Shown: positions 9,225-18,380 of the stretch, in pieces | Position numbering within the stretch: position 1 is the stretch's first letter | How the letters are laid out: each line of letters begins with the position of its first letter | The notes under the pieces: model-generated | The model's input: only the letters and a program-made list of their open reading frames with translations | The model's database searches: none | What the model was told of the DNA's origin: nothing | Made by a program: the position numbers and the translations under genes | Source of the DNA: a virus | Direction: 5' to 3' (one strand) | Virus record (IMG/VR): IMGVR_UViG_3300045988_171089 | DNA length: 64,000 bases

Positions 9225-10010
9225 CTACTTCTTATTGTTCGCCTTCAGCTTTTCCAGCTCATCATCCAGAGCGGAATCAACAGCCAGAGAGTCCAGCTCA
9301 TCGAAGCCGTCCTTTACCGGGTCAGCCATAATCTCCTGACGACCCTGAAGACGTGCCTCCTCACGGGCGATACGCTCTTCCCACTCATTCATAGGCGAGC
9401 TCAGGTTAGTACCATTAACATTGATGCTCTCAGTAGCGTCAAGGATACGACCCATAGCCTCATTAGTCTTATGACGTGCCAGAAGCTCATCACGCTGGTG
9501 GTGAGCCGCCGCCAGCTTCTCACGTGCATCATTTAGCTGACCCTTCAGAGATTCAACACGCGGGGTAGCAACCTTAATCTGCTCCTCAAGCTTCTCAGTG
9601 GTCTTCTCAGCGTTAGTACGGTTCTTCAGGGCGATACGTGCCAGACCGTCAAACTTATCAGCCTTAGCCTCTGCTTCAGCCTTAGCCTTAGCCTGCTCCG
9701 GGTCTTCCGCGTCAAGCTTCTCAGCCTGCGCACGGAACTCATCAGCCTTATTAGAAGCCGCCTGAGCCTTAACCTGCCACTCCTGAATCTTAGCCTGTTC
9801 CTTCTTATGGTCGGACTCCATGATGCGCAGGTTGCCGATAACCTCAGCAACATTACCCTCCGCTACTCGAATTTCTTCCTTGTAGTCACGGATAAGCTGG
9901 TTCAGCATCTCCTGCGGGTCTTCCGCCTTGTCAATTGCGGTGTTAATCTTTGCGCGAATGAGGTTGTTGAAGCGTGCAAAAATGCTGTTCTTGTTCTGGT
10001 TCTTACCCAT
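9225..10010 (-). CDS. pspA: PspA/IM30/Vipp1-family protein (phage shock protein A-like, ~261 aa from ATG at 10010)
   Basis: N-terminal SIFARFNNLIRAKINTAIDKAEDPQEMLNQLIRDYKEEI matches PspA signature (S-IF-RF-DI-NINALLDKAEDPEKM-Q-IRDM); long coiled-coil; SD AAAGG upstream of 10010. Confidence 0.8.
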   Translation of the reverse strand: MGKNQNKNSIFARFNNLIRAKINTAIDKAEDPQEMLNQLIRDYKEEIRVAEGNVAEVIGNLRIMESDHKKEQAKIQEWQVKAQAASNKADEFRAQAEKLDAEDPEQAKAKAEAEAKADKFDGLARIALKNRTNAEKTTEKLEEQIKVATPRVESLKGQLNDAREKLAAAHHQRDELLARHKTNEAMGRILDATESINVNGTNLSSPMNEWEERIAREEARLQGRQEIMADPVKDGFDELDSLAVDSALDDELEKLKANNKK

Positions 10011-10183
10011 TGTGGGTTTACCTAACCTTTCGTTGGTTAATGTTGTGGAACATGATTCACGGTTGCCCATCCTGTAGGGCTTCCTGTCCTTTGCGTGACC
10101 TTTAATGGTCACACTCAGAATATCATGCTCCGGGGTTTAAATCTAGTGGGTTAGCGTTTTGTGGCTAACTGTTTACCTGCTAT

Positions 10184-10690
10184 TCACAGGCGGCGGGTTT
10201 CGATAACTGCTTCCGCCGGTTCGCCTTTGATAACGTTCAGGGTGTCGATAATAAGCTTAGCATATGCGGCAACATTGTCAATGTTGCGGGGACACGGGAC
10301 AAGTCGCCCTGTAACCTTACCTTGAGGGGCGGGGTCATCTACTAGGCGCGTTCGTGTTTCGCCGTCATTGGTGTACACCTCAGCTAGGAACATGAGGCGT
10401 TCCAGCTTCTCAGGGTACTCGGTCGCCCGGTCAGCAATCTGTTCAGGTCGCTGGTCGGTGAACCATGTGTAGTGGAAACATGGAAAGCCGGGGTGTTCCA
10501 GTACGCTTCGCTTCACCTCGAACGGGGGAATATAGATACCTTCGCCACCTGCGTCGGTTTCTGAGTATTTCCAGGCTACCCATTCTAGGTCTTCGATAAT
10601 CTGTTCGATAGTTCCTACGAGGGGGCGGATATTACCTGCCGGGTCGGTCAGTTGGTATAGCTCTTGGCTTGTGGGGGAATATTCTTTCAC
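10184..10690 (-). CDS. hypothetical protein (168 aa)
   Basis: ORF track. Confidence 0.55.
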   Translation of the reverse strand: MKEYSPTSQELYQLTDPAGNIRPLVGTIEQIIEDLEWVAWKYSETDAGGEGIYIPPFEVKRSVLEHPGFPCFHYTWFTDQRPEQIADRATEYPEKLERLMFLAEVYTNDGETRTRLVDDPAPQGKVTGRLVPCPRNIDNVAAYAKLIIDTLNVIKGEPAEAVIETRRL

Positions 10691-10803
10691 TTATACCCTT
10701 ATTGACAGTGGGTTCATGCGGGTGCTTGCACCTTTGTGTTGTACCGATTATAGCATATTTTCTGTCCGGTAGCACTTATTGGCGTTCTTACCTTTTTTCG
10801 GGT

Positions 10804-11154
10804 TTATGCACTGGGTGCCTTGGCGTATCGACCTGTGAGGCAGACGTGAAGCATCAAGTTCAGTAGGTGTGAAACCATGAGTACGGTACTGTCTGTAATG
10901 TTAGCACCTGCAAGAGCTTTGGACACAGCAAAGACGGATACGATAACACATGCCACCTCGAAGGCGATAGTGAAAACAAAAATTATTACCGCAGGGACAC
11001 GGTGATGCTTAAAAAGGTACGTCCGCCAAAGCTGGACAGAAAAGGTGTACCCTAAAGCACTACCGATAGACCTACAAGCGGTAGGGATGAAGATTGCCGA
11101 GGTTAGCACTAGGAGCCAGTGCATAATCTGCTCGGGGTGGCTCCACATTTCCAT
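10804..11154 (-). CDS. small membrane protein (116 aa, ~3 TM)
   Basis: Hydrophobic segments WLLVLTSAIFIP, AVIIFVFTIAFEVACVIVSVFAV. Confidence 0.5.
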   Translation of the reverse strand: MEMWSHPEQIMHWLLVLTSAIFIPTACRSIGSALGYTFSVQLWRTYLFKHHRVPAVIIFVFTIAFEVACVIVSVFAVSKALAGANITDSTVLMVSHLLNLMLHVCLTGRYAKAPSA

Positions 11155-11239
11155 ATATGCGTACTCCTGTCTAGTAGATAGGGGGTGGTAGCTTGGTTTA
11201 TGCCACCACCCCCCCTGTGCTGTTGGGCTGGTTGCCTGT

Positions 11240-11791
11240 TTAGTTGTTTACGTCTCGAACGTTCACCTTGAACTCACCCTTTACGTTTACGCCGTCCTTG
11301 GGTGCAACGATGGTGATTTCACCGTTCCGGTACTGTTCCTTGGTGCCGAGGGCGTAGGCGTAATCAATATCTTCAACAATGATACGCACCTTGGAGCGGG
11401 GTACGGTGTTGCTGTACAGTTCGCCTTCCTGGGTTCGCAGGGTGTAGTTTAGGTACACTTCGTAGCTGGTGTTCAGGGTAGCGTCCTGTGCTGAGGCTTG
11501 ATAGTCGGCTGTAAGCTTTCCCTTCAATTCGTGGTATCGCGTGTCGGTATCACTATTGACGTGGGGGTGCTCTTCACCCGTAATGTGCTGACGGGTCGTA
11601 AGGTTAGCGTTGATTACTACGGCTTCCTTAGCCTTCTCAGTAGGTTCAGGGCTAGGGGTAGTAGTACTAGTAGGGGTGCTAGTAGCGGTGGTAGTGGTTT
11701 CTTCTACCTTGTTTGCAGTATTTGTGCTGGAACAGCCGGTGAACGCGATAGCACCAATGAGGGCGGCGGCGGTCAGCTTGGAGAATTTCAT
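11240..11791 (-). CDS. lipoprotein (signal peptide + lipobox AFTGC, Thr/Ser/Pro-rich linker)
   Basis: MKFSKLTAAALIGAIAFTGCSS... followed by TTTTATSTPTSTTTPSPEP. Confidence 0.6.
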   Translation of the reverse strand: MKFSKLTAAALIGAIAFTGCSSTNTANKVEETTTTATSTPTSTTTPSPEPTEKAKEAVVINANLTTRQHITGEEHPHVNSDTDTRYHELKGKLTADYQASAQDATLNTSYEVYLNYTLRTQEGELYSNTVPRSKVRIIVEDIDYAYALGTKEQYRNGEITIVAPKDGVNVKGEFKVNVRDVNN

Positions 11792-11826
11792 TATTTAGGT
11801 TCCTTCCAAAGGGTTACGTTAGGGGG

Positions 11827-12078
11827 TTATCGGGTCTGAATGGAAATGCAGGGGGAATCTACGAAAGCTTCCAGGGCGCGCTTAGGGCTTCCCGCGTCAG
11901 CGGTACGGTCAAGGTAGATAGGATATTCCTTCACGCCGCGTGCATGGTATGCGAAAGTGCCAGGGCGCAACTTCCAGTCCTTATTATAGGTAATGATGCC
12001 TACTCGCTCATGGTTACCGTTCATGATTCGGTAAGTATCGTTTTGTACCTTCACTAAGTGAAGACCCTTGTATGCCAT
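11827..12078 (-). CDS. hypothetical protein (83 aa)
   Basis: ORF track. Confidence 0.5.
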   Translation of the reverse strand: MAYKGLHLVKVQNDTYRIMNGNHERVGIITYNKDWKLRPGTFAYHARGVKEYPIYLDRTADAGSPKRALEAFVDSPCISIQTR

Positions 12079-12177
12079 TATAACGCCTTCTTTCCGTTCT
12101 AATTAGTGGTTAGTGGTATTTGCCCCGCTAGGCGCTTAGGTGGTCACCTAGCGGGGTTTCATTGGGTGTTGCGGGGC

Positions 12178-12429
12178 TTAGTAGTCCTCTTCGTCTTCCT
12201 CGTCATCGAGTCCGAAACCACCATTGACACAGTAGGAGCACAGGGTTGCGAGCAGGTGGTCATAGTCGCCACTCATTGCTTCATTGATTACCTTATCAAT
12301 ATCCGCCTTATCCCAACCATCACGTCGCGCCTGCTGTGCAAAGCCACCCATAAGGTTAAAGGCGTTACCATCCTGGCCAACCATTACATAATTGACCTTG
12401 CAGACGGGAGTGAAGTTTTCAATAGCCAT
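12178..12429 (-). CDS. hypothetical acidic protein; start moved to ATG at 12429 (MAIENFTPV...) with SD GAAAGGAAG
   Basis: ORF track 12178..12534; internal ATG preceded by strong SD. Confidence 0.5.
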   Translation of the reverse strand: MAIENFTPVCKVNYVMVGQDGNAFNLMGGFAQQARRDGWDKADIDKVINEAMSGDYDHLLATLCSYCVNGGFGLDDEEDEEDY

Positions 12430-12663
12430 TTGGTGTACTTCCTTTCTAGAAGTGGTAGTGGATGCGGTGCCTAGTCTTGTCCGGCTAGTACCTTTGAGGT
12501 TCCCCCTCTTGCTTATGTAACCATTATGACACACCCCTAACCCTTATGCAAGTCAGATTCACGTGAATTAGGTCACATAGGGGATTACGGGGTGTAAAAA
12601 TAGAGTGTGCGAGAGGTTGCCAATTCATCTCCCGCACACCCTGGCTTATCACATGTTCGATTA

Positions 12664-13731
12664 CTAGCGGCGCTTACCGCGAGTCAAGAAGGCATTAGAA
12701 ACAACCTTGAAATGTGCGCGGTTAGCGAGTTCACGGCGCGGCTTACCATCTTTAAAGTACCATACGATACCTTCGGCGGTCTGACCGGGCGCTACCTGAG
12801 ACTCTACAGAGTCAGCCTGCTCAAGGGCGGCAAAGCCGTTACCCACCCATTCAATATCGAGGATAGGTACCCAGAGGTTCGCTTCCTTGAACAGGGATTC
12901 CACTTCGGCGTTAGATGCGTGGAAGGCACGGAAATCGGGCTGGTCGCCGGTGCTGAACTTGAAGTTACCCCCGATGCGGTTACAGAACAGTTCGCCCTGC
13001 ACCCATTCGCCTGGCTTGAGCTGGTCAAACACATAGGCGTGACGGCGGTAACCGTCAAGGTACTGCTTCCAGTTCTTACTATCCATTGCGTCTACCTTGA
13101 TGGAGCGGTCACGGTTAGCAATACGAATCTCTTCGGTGTCAATATCACGCCAAACGGTCATAGAGGTGCCGTCAATCTTCTCAGTAGCGTACACATCATT
13201 TGCAGTGACACTGCTCAGGAAGTCGATAGGGATATTCTGGACGCGCTCAGCGTCGGTCTTGGTAATGAAGTTGGGGAAAGCTTCTAGACCGTAGTCACCA
13301 CCGGTGAGAATCTTCTCCTCGACATGCTTAGTGACAATGCCATCGAAGTAAGTATCCACTTCTTCCTGAGTAGCATCTTCACTCAAACCTTCAAACTCAG
13401 AGACGGGCAAGATAAGACCCTGCGACAGGGTTTCACGCAGGTACATGGTGCGCAGTACTACGCCTTCAATATAGTGTCCATTGACAACGCGGGTTGCCTT
13501 CTTGCCACGGATAGGCTCAAACGCCGGGTGCTTGGTGTTGAGGATTGAGTCAATCTCAAAGTAAACACCCTTATCGCCTTCGGTCATGGTCTTGGGTGCT
13601 ACAACCCACCACAGGGTGCCTGCGGGTCGGACGGCGTGAATCTTATCTGCCGGGTTATTACATTCCTTCACTTCTTCAATGGTGGTAATGTGTGCGAGGT
13701 GTCGGATACCGTCTACAGCGGTAGAAGTCAT
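12664..13731 (-). CDS. ATP-dependent RNA ligase-like nucleotidyltransferase (355 aa)
   Basis: Covalent nucleotidyltransferase motifs in order: motif I KIDGTS (ATEKIDGTSMTVW), motif IV EGIVWYF, motif V FKVVS; KxDG(T/S) spacing typical of Rnl-type RNA ligases. Confidence 0.7.
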   Translation of the reverse strand: MTSTAVDGIRHLAHITTIEEVKECNNPADKIHAVRPAGTLWWVVAPKTMTEGDKGVYFEIDSILNTKHPAFEPIRGKKATRVVNGHYIEGVVLRTMYLRETLSQGLILPVSEFEGLSEDATQEEVDTYFDGIVTKHVEEKILTGGDYGLEAFPNFITKTDAERVQNIPIDFLSSVTANDVYATEKIDGTSMTVWRDIDTEEIRIANRDRSIKVDAMDSKNWKQYLDGYRRHAYVFDQLKPGEWVQGELFCNRIGGNFKFSTGDQPDFRAFHASNAEVESLFKEANLWVPILDIEWVGNGFAALEQADSVESQVAPGQTAEGIVWYFKDGKPRRELANRAHFKVVSNAFLTRGKRR

Positions 13732-13814
13732 AGTAGTGTTTTCCTTTTTGTTGGAGTTTGTATGGGTTTACCCCCCGGTGGTGTGGAACATCGGGGGGGG
13801 GTAAGAATTTTGGG

Positions 13815-14141
13815 TTAGTTCATTTCAATCCTATTGTCCTTGAGGGTCAGGATACCGTCTTCAAAGTCTACCTCGCCAATGTCATCGGCGTTTACGCGAA
13901 TAATCTTCAGGAGAGCAAAGAAGTCGGGGTCATAAGTCGTAAGGTCGATAGTAAATCGGGATTCCTCTACAGCCGCCACAATGTGCGCACCGAGGGTACC
14001 ATCTTCTTCCACGTGGGTATCAATGGCGATTGCCTCGGGGACAAAGCCTTCAAACATGAGGTCGGAAAGCTCATCGGGGGTTTCAAAAGAGAACGAGATA
14101 CCTTCCCAGGCGATAGTGGGGGTCTGAAGTTCAATAGTCAT
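13815..14141 (-). CDS. hypothetical acidic protein (108 aa)
   Basis: ORF track. Confidence 0.5.
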   Translation of the reverse strand: MTIELQTPTIAWEGISFSFETPDELSDLMFEGFVPEAIAIDTHVEEDGTLGAHIVAAVEESRFTIDLTTYDPDFFALLKIIRVNADDIGEVDFEDGILTLKDNRIEMN

Positions 14142-14348
14142 TGGGTGCTTCCTTTCGGTAGGTCTATTGTAGCGGGTTTAGCGCCTTACTGGAAGTCATC
14201 TATCACTTCCTCGCTACATTTCTATTATGACACACTCTAAGTAGGTGTGCAACCTGAAATCATGTGAAATAGGTCACACGCATAATAAAGGTACAGGAAA
14301 GCCCCTAGCGCACACAATCACACTAGGGGCTTCTTAGTTACATATGGT

Positions 14349-14906
14349 CTACCAGTTAGAAGCAAACGCAGGCAACTCACGGGCAACACTCTCAAAATCC
14401 GTACCAACGAAAGAGCCAGCACCATTCATCTTAGTATCGCCTTCCACCTTCTTATTCATAAGGCGAACAGAGCCATACACCCACGCCGTATCACACACAG
14501 TACAGGAACCATCTAGGCGGGATTCACCGAACACCTGCGCCTTATCGTAGACCCATGACGTGCCACTAACCCAGGTGCGCCCGTGTATCTTAGCTTCACC
14601 ATAGATGAGAGGTGAACCGTACACGAAAGCGTTACCGGAAACTTCCGCCTGCTGTGCCACCTGTGCATCATCTTTAACTACAGCTGAACCGTACACAGTA
14701 GCATCATCATGAACCCATGCACCGCCGTCCTGTGACAGGTTGCCGGTTCCTTGAACCCAGCCGCCTAACGCACCCTTCGGGGCGATAAGCTTACCGTCGC
14801 TAGTGTACACATCTTCCAACGCGCGGATACGGTAGACAGTCACCCCGTTATCGAGTTGCTTGCTAATATCCGTCAGCTCATATTTCCTACTTGTTTCATT
14901 AGTCAT
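14349..14906 (-). CDS. hexapeptide-repeat (left-handed beta-helix) protein, paralog 2 of 3
   Basis: N-terminal KYELTDISKQLDNGVTVYRIRALEDV and GALGGWVQG...GGAWVHDDATVYGSAVVKDDAQVAQQAEVSGNAFVYG hexapeptide periodicity; paralog of 1852..2358. Confidence 0.65.
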   Translation of the reverse strand: MTNETSRKYELTDISKQLDNGVTVYRIRALEDVYTSDGKLIAPKGALGGWVQGTGNLSQDGGAWVHDDATVYGSAVVKDDAQVAQQAEVSGNAFVYGSPLIYGEAKIHGRTWVSGTSWVYDKAQVFGESRLDGSCTVCDTAWVYGSVRLMNKKVEGDTKMNGAGSFVGTDFESVARELPAFASNW

Positions 14907-15179
14907 AGTAATTACTGTATTCCTTTCGTACCCCCCATGTGCTGAGCTTTCCTAGAGCCAGGTTCAACCTCGCGGTTTCGTGGTCTATCACTGAATCTGG
15001 GTGCAATGCAAACATGGTGACAGTAGCACGCCTTATCTCTGTGGGGCTGGCAATAGGGGTATAGTAGTGAATATTAAGAAAATCTGTAAAGTAGTACCAA
15101 TTTTGGATAATCCCCTGGGGTTTTACCTTACATTGGTACTACTTTTACCGTATTTCACCTTTAGTGGTCTAAAGTGGTA

Positions 15180-16469
15180 TTAGCCGCCGGAGGTGCCGCC
15201 GCCGGACCTGGAACCGCCACCAAAGCCACCCTTAGAGCCACCGCTAGAGGAACCACCAGACTTGGAACCACCACCACCCGATGAGCCAGAACCACTGTTG
15301 CTACCGCCACTCTTAGAGCCAGAGTTAGAGTTACCACCATTATTGGAGGAGCCACTGTTGCTACCGGACTTGCTATCACTCTTGGAGTTATTAGAAGAGC
15401 CGTTACTGTTGCCGTTGGAGCCGCCACCGTTATTGTTCTTGTTAGCGTTATTGTTGTCGTTGTTCGGCTTGTTGTTATTGGTATCCTTACCGGCGTTGTT
15501 GTTATTGCCGGTATTGCTGTTGTTGCCGGACTTGTTGGCGGCTACAGCACCTGCCGCCGCTCCAGCCGCCGCACCTGCACCCGCCGCCGCCGCCGCGTTA
15601 CCACCATTATTGTTAGTGGTGCCACTATTACCGCTAGAAGAGCTGTTGCTACCGTTAGAGGTACCGGAATTAGACTTAGTGCCGTTACTAGTGGTCGGCT
15701 TATAGTTGTAACGCTCAATGGTTGCAACCTTACCGTCCTTCATGCCAGCCTTAGCTTTAGCGGCGCGGTAAGAATCAGCGAAAGAACCACCACTAGAAGG
15801 CAAGCCCTGGTAGACAGTACCCTTATTAGGGGTACTAGTACTACCACCATGCAGGGGTGCACCTACGGCGGGCACATTACCATTATTACCATTATTGATG
15901 TAGGTGGTGCCACCGGAGCCGTTCTGACCCATCATGTACCCGATGTAGTACCAGATAAACATGCTGGTGCCACTATTACTACCGTGGGTATCACCACCGC
16001 CGCCGCCACTATTGCCACCATTGTTAATATTGATATTCGTGCCACCATTATTGGAGGGGCTACTAGTAGGCGAAGCCGAAGGGGTAGCACTAGAAGACGC
16101 GGACGGGGAAGCGCTCGCGGTTGCAGACTCAGACACGGAAGGCGACGGGGAAGGCGAAGCCGATTCGGTAGCTTCACAGCTAGTATCCTCAGCGCGGGTA
16201 CCATCTTCAACCTTCTGGCACACACGGACATACTCAATGCCCTGCGTACTGAACGGAGTCTCACTAGGGGTAGGCTGAGTATTAGTCTCAGGGACACTAC
16301 AGCCCGAAAGGATTAGAGCACCAGCACCAGCGGTAGCAATAGCCTTTAGAAGCCTATTAGGGCGCGGACTCTTACCAATAGTGGGTGCGTCTTCATTCCA
16401 GGCGTGCAGGGCGCTCTGTGCGACTTCCTGAACATCTGGAATATCATTACGGCATGAAGAGGTATTCAT
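15180..16469 (-). CDS. lipoprotein with long Gly/Ser/Asn-rich low-complexity C-terminal region; start moved to ATG 16469 (strong SD AAGGAG)
   Basis: Signal peptide with lipobox ALILSGCS; ~300 aa of G/S/N/T low complexity; ORF track 15180..16523. Confidence 0.55.
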   Translation of the reverse strand: MNTSSCRNDIPDVQEVAQSALHAWNEDAPTIGKSPRPNRLLKAIATAGAGALILSGCSVPETNTQPTPSETPFSTQGIEYVRVCQKVEDGTRAEDTSCEATESASPSPSPSVSESATASASPSASSSATPSASPTSSPSNNGGTNININNGGNSGGGGGDTHGSNSGTSMFIWYYIGYMMGQNGSGGTTYINNGNNGNVPAVGAPLHGGSTSTPNKGTVYQGLPSSGGSFADSYRAAKAKAGMKDGKVATIERYNYKPTTSNGTKSNSGTSNGSNSSSSGNSGTTNNNGGNAAAAAGAGAAAGAAAGAVAANKSGNNSNTGNNNNAGKDTNNNKPNNDNNNANKNNNGGGSNGNSNGSSNNSKSDSKSGSNSGSSNNGGNSNSGSKSGGSNSGSGSSGGGGSKSGGSSSGGSKGGFGGGSRSGGGTSGG

Positions 16470-16659
16470 ATGTATATGGCTCCTTAGATAGAAGATAGGG
16501 GGTGTCTTGGTTGTATAACACAACCACTTTGCAAAACATTATAACACACCCCCCTTACCTGCCGCTAATCACGACAAATAAGGGGGGTGTACCAGAACTT
16601 CCATTCCTCAGTATATCACTACTACAGGTGAAATGCATAATTGCCTACACGGTAGCACT

Positions 16660-17463
16660 TCACACTGATTCGCTACCCGCTTCATGGTCAAGCTGTTTAG
16701 CAGGCAACGAGTTTAGATACCTGAATGTCTCAATAATGGCTTCAAGTTCCCTGAAATTCTCAGCTGTAATAGGTGCCTTACCAGCGTGCAGACCAGCACC
16801 CATATACACATAGAAGTCACCACGCCTAATCTTATAACAACTCACAGTGAACCTTGTTCCAGACGCACCCGTGAAGCTAATGAGCGTGTCATCCCATCCC
16901 CAATAGCCGTTTTCGTCATCAATGAAAACATCATGAAAAAGACCGGGGTTAGTAGCTTCGAGTGCTTCAGTAAACTCTGCCTTCTCGAAACGGTTAGCCG
17001 GGTCACAGTGAACCCAAACCGAAACAGTATCTTCCGCACCCTTATCGCCTCGATGGTTAAGGTCATACACTAGGTGGTCACCCTTAGCCCAACGTGATTT
17101 GAGGTAAGTATCAATATCTTCCCGCGTGATAGGGATACCCGACAGCTTAGCCGACTCCTCATGAAGGCGCGCCTTTTCCAGCTTCTCAGCCTCAATCTTT
17201 GCGCGTTCCTCAGCGGTAATAGGCGGCAATTTCATGCACGCCTCCTGCGGTAGGGTTTTACCCCTGCCGGTAGGCATCATCAAAGCCATAAGTCCCTTGA
17301 ATTTCTGTGGGGGTTGCGGCGCTTGAGGCTTATGCGTATAAACGACCTCAACTAGCCCATCATGCTCCCCAAGAACCGTGATACTCACTATATCACCATT
17401 ATGGCAATGTTCCTCGTTTGCGTCGTTTGCGTCTTCGCTATTTTCCCAAAACGGTAGCTTCAT
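16660..17463 (-). CDS. hypothetical protein, paralog pair member (267 aa)
   Basis: Shares NPG(L/M)FHDV and VSCYKI(R/H)RG motifs with 17482..18030. Confidence 0.55.
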   Translation of the reverse strand: MKLPFWENSEDANDANEEHCHNGDIVSITVLGEHDGLVEVVYTHKPQAPQPPQKFKGLMALMMPTGRGKTLPQEACMKLPPITAEERAKIEAEKLEKARLHEESAKLSGIPITREDIDTYLKSRWAKGDHLVYDLNHRGDKGAEDTVSVWVHCDPANRFEKAEFTEALEATNPGLFHDVFIDDENGYWGWDDTLISFTGASGTRFTVSCYKIRRGDFYVYMGAGLHAGKAPITAENFRELEAIIETFRYLNSLPAKQLDHEAGSESV

Positions 17464-17481
17464 CAGTATTACCTTCCTTAA

Positions 17482-18030
17482 TTAGCTATCCGAAACGCCC
17501 TGTGTGGGGGTCAAAGAATCAACGTACATAAACGCATCAAAGACAGCTTCCAACTCCTTGAGGCTCTGCTCCGTAACAAACAATGCACCACCATGCTTGC
17601 CGGTGGACATGCGTATATCAAACCCACGGTGAATCTTATAACAGGACACATGGAAACCGGCACCAGACTCGCCCCTGAAATCAACCCACGTTTCTTCCCA
17701 GTAGTCATACTGCTCCAAGCCCCAACCGCCAAGAGTTACATCATGGAACATTCCAGGGTTGCGGTCAATGAGCGCCCTCATGAAACCTCGCGGGTTAGGG
17801 TGGTTCTCCAAATTGCGGCAATGAACCATAACAGTAACAATGTCACCCTTATCCTCATGCTCATCATACTCAAAATCTCGCACAGTACCATCAGGGTAAC
17901 GTTCAGTCAGATACGCCTCAACCTGCTCCCCTGTAAAACGAACAGGCGACACAGCAACCGGCGCATCCTCATACACCTTCTTACTCTTAGAGGTTAGCGA
18001 CTCCAAAGCACGCTTGATTAGGCTCTTCAC
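17482..18030 (-). CDS. hypothetical protein, paralog pair member (182 aa)
   Basis: Paralog of C-terminal half of 16660..17463. Confidence 0.55.
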   Translation of the reverse strand: MKSLIKRALESLTSKSKKVYEDAPVAVSPVRFTGEQVEAYLTERYPDGTVRDFEYDEHEDKGDIVTVMVHCRNLENHPNPRGFMRALIDRNPGMFHDVTLGGWGLEQYDYWEETWVDFRGESGAGFHVSCYKIHRGFDIRMSTGKHGGALFVTEQSLKELEAVFDAFMYVDSLTPTQGVSDS

Positions 18031-18157
18031 TTGACTAATTTCCTATCAGTAAATGTAAATGAAACGTAAACACTCAATGTCTAGCACACCTGCAAAAGGT
18101 ACAGCTACACACCACTAGTATACAAGAAAAGCCCTCCCCAAGTCCAGCAAGGCAATA

Positions 18158-18356
18158 GAGTCACCCCACATGTACGGGGAGTACTTTGGCACTTTCAAGC
18201 ACGCAGGAGACGATATGTGAGCCAAACCCCCATATGGGGTGGGTCTGACATTTTATCAGACGGTGACCCTCAAGCAAGTTCTAACTATCCTGGTCTTGAC
18301 ATGTAACCCCGAAAGGTCACCTGTCCGTTTATACTCTCCCATCTCTCATAGGCGAG
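18158..18356 (-). repeat. structured repeat element copy B, abutting the 3' end of tnpB (candidate IS right end / omega-RNA scaffold)
   Basis: Same conserved core as copies A, C, D, E, but instead of a tRNA the 5' side joins tnpB stop codon within ~25 nt. Confidence 0.65.
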
Positions 18357-18380
18357 TTTCCCCTTATTGCTAAGGTGGTT

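Noticed and set aside
15193-16316. Pro/Leu/Glu-rich and Arg-rich ORFs antisense to the Gly/Ser/Asn-rich lipoprotein gene (15193..15705, 15161..15427, 15849..16316, 15932..16297, 15961..16278)
   Set aside because: These are antisense or frame-shifted readings of a low-complexity coding region. The lipoprotein frame has a signal peptide, a lipobox and a strong SD.
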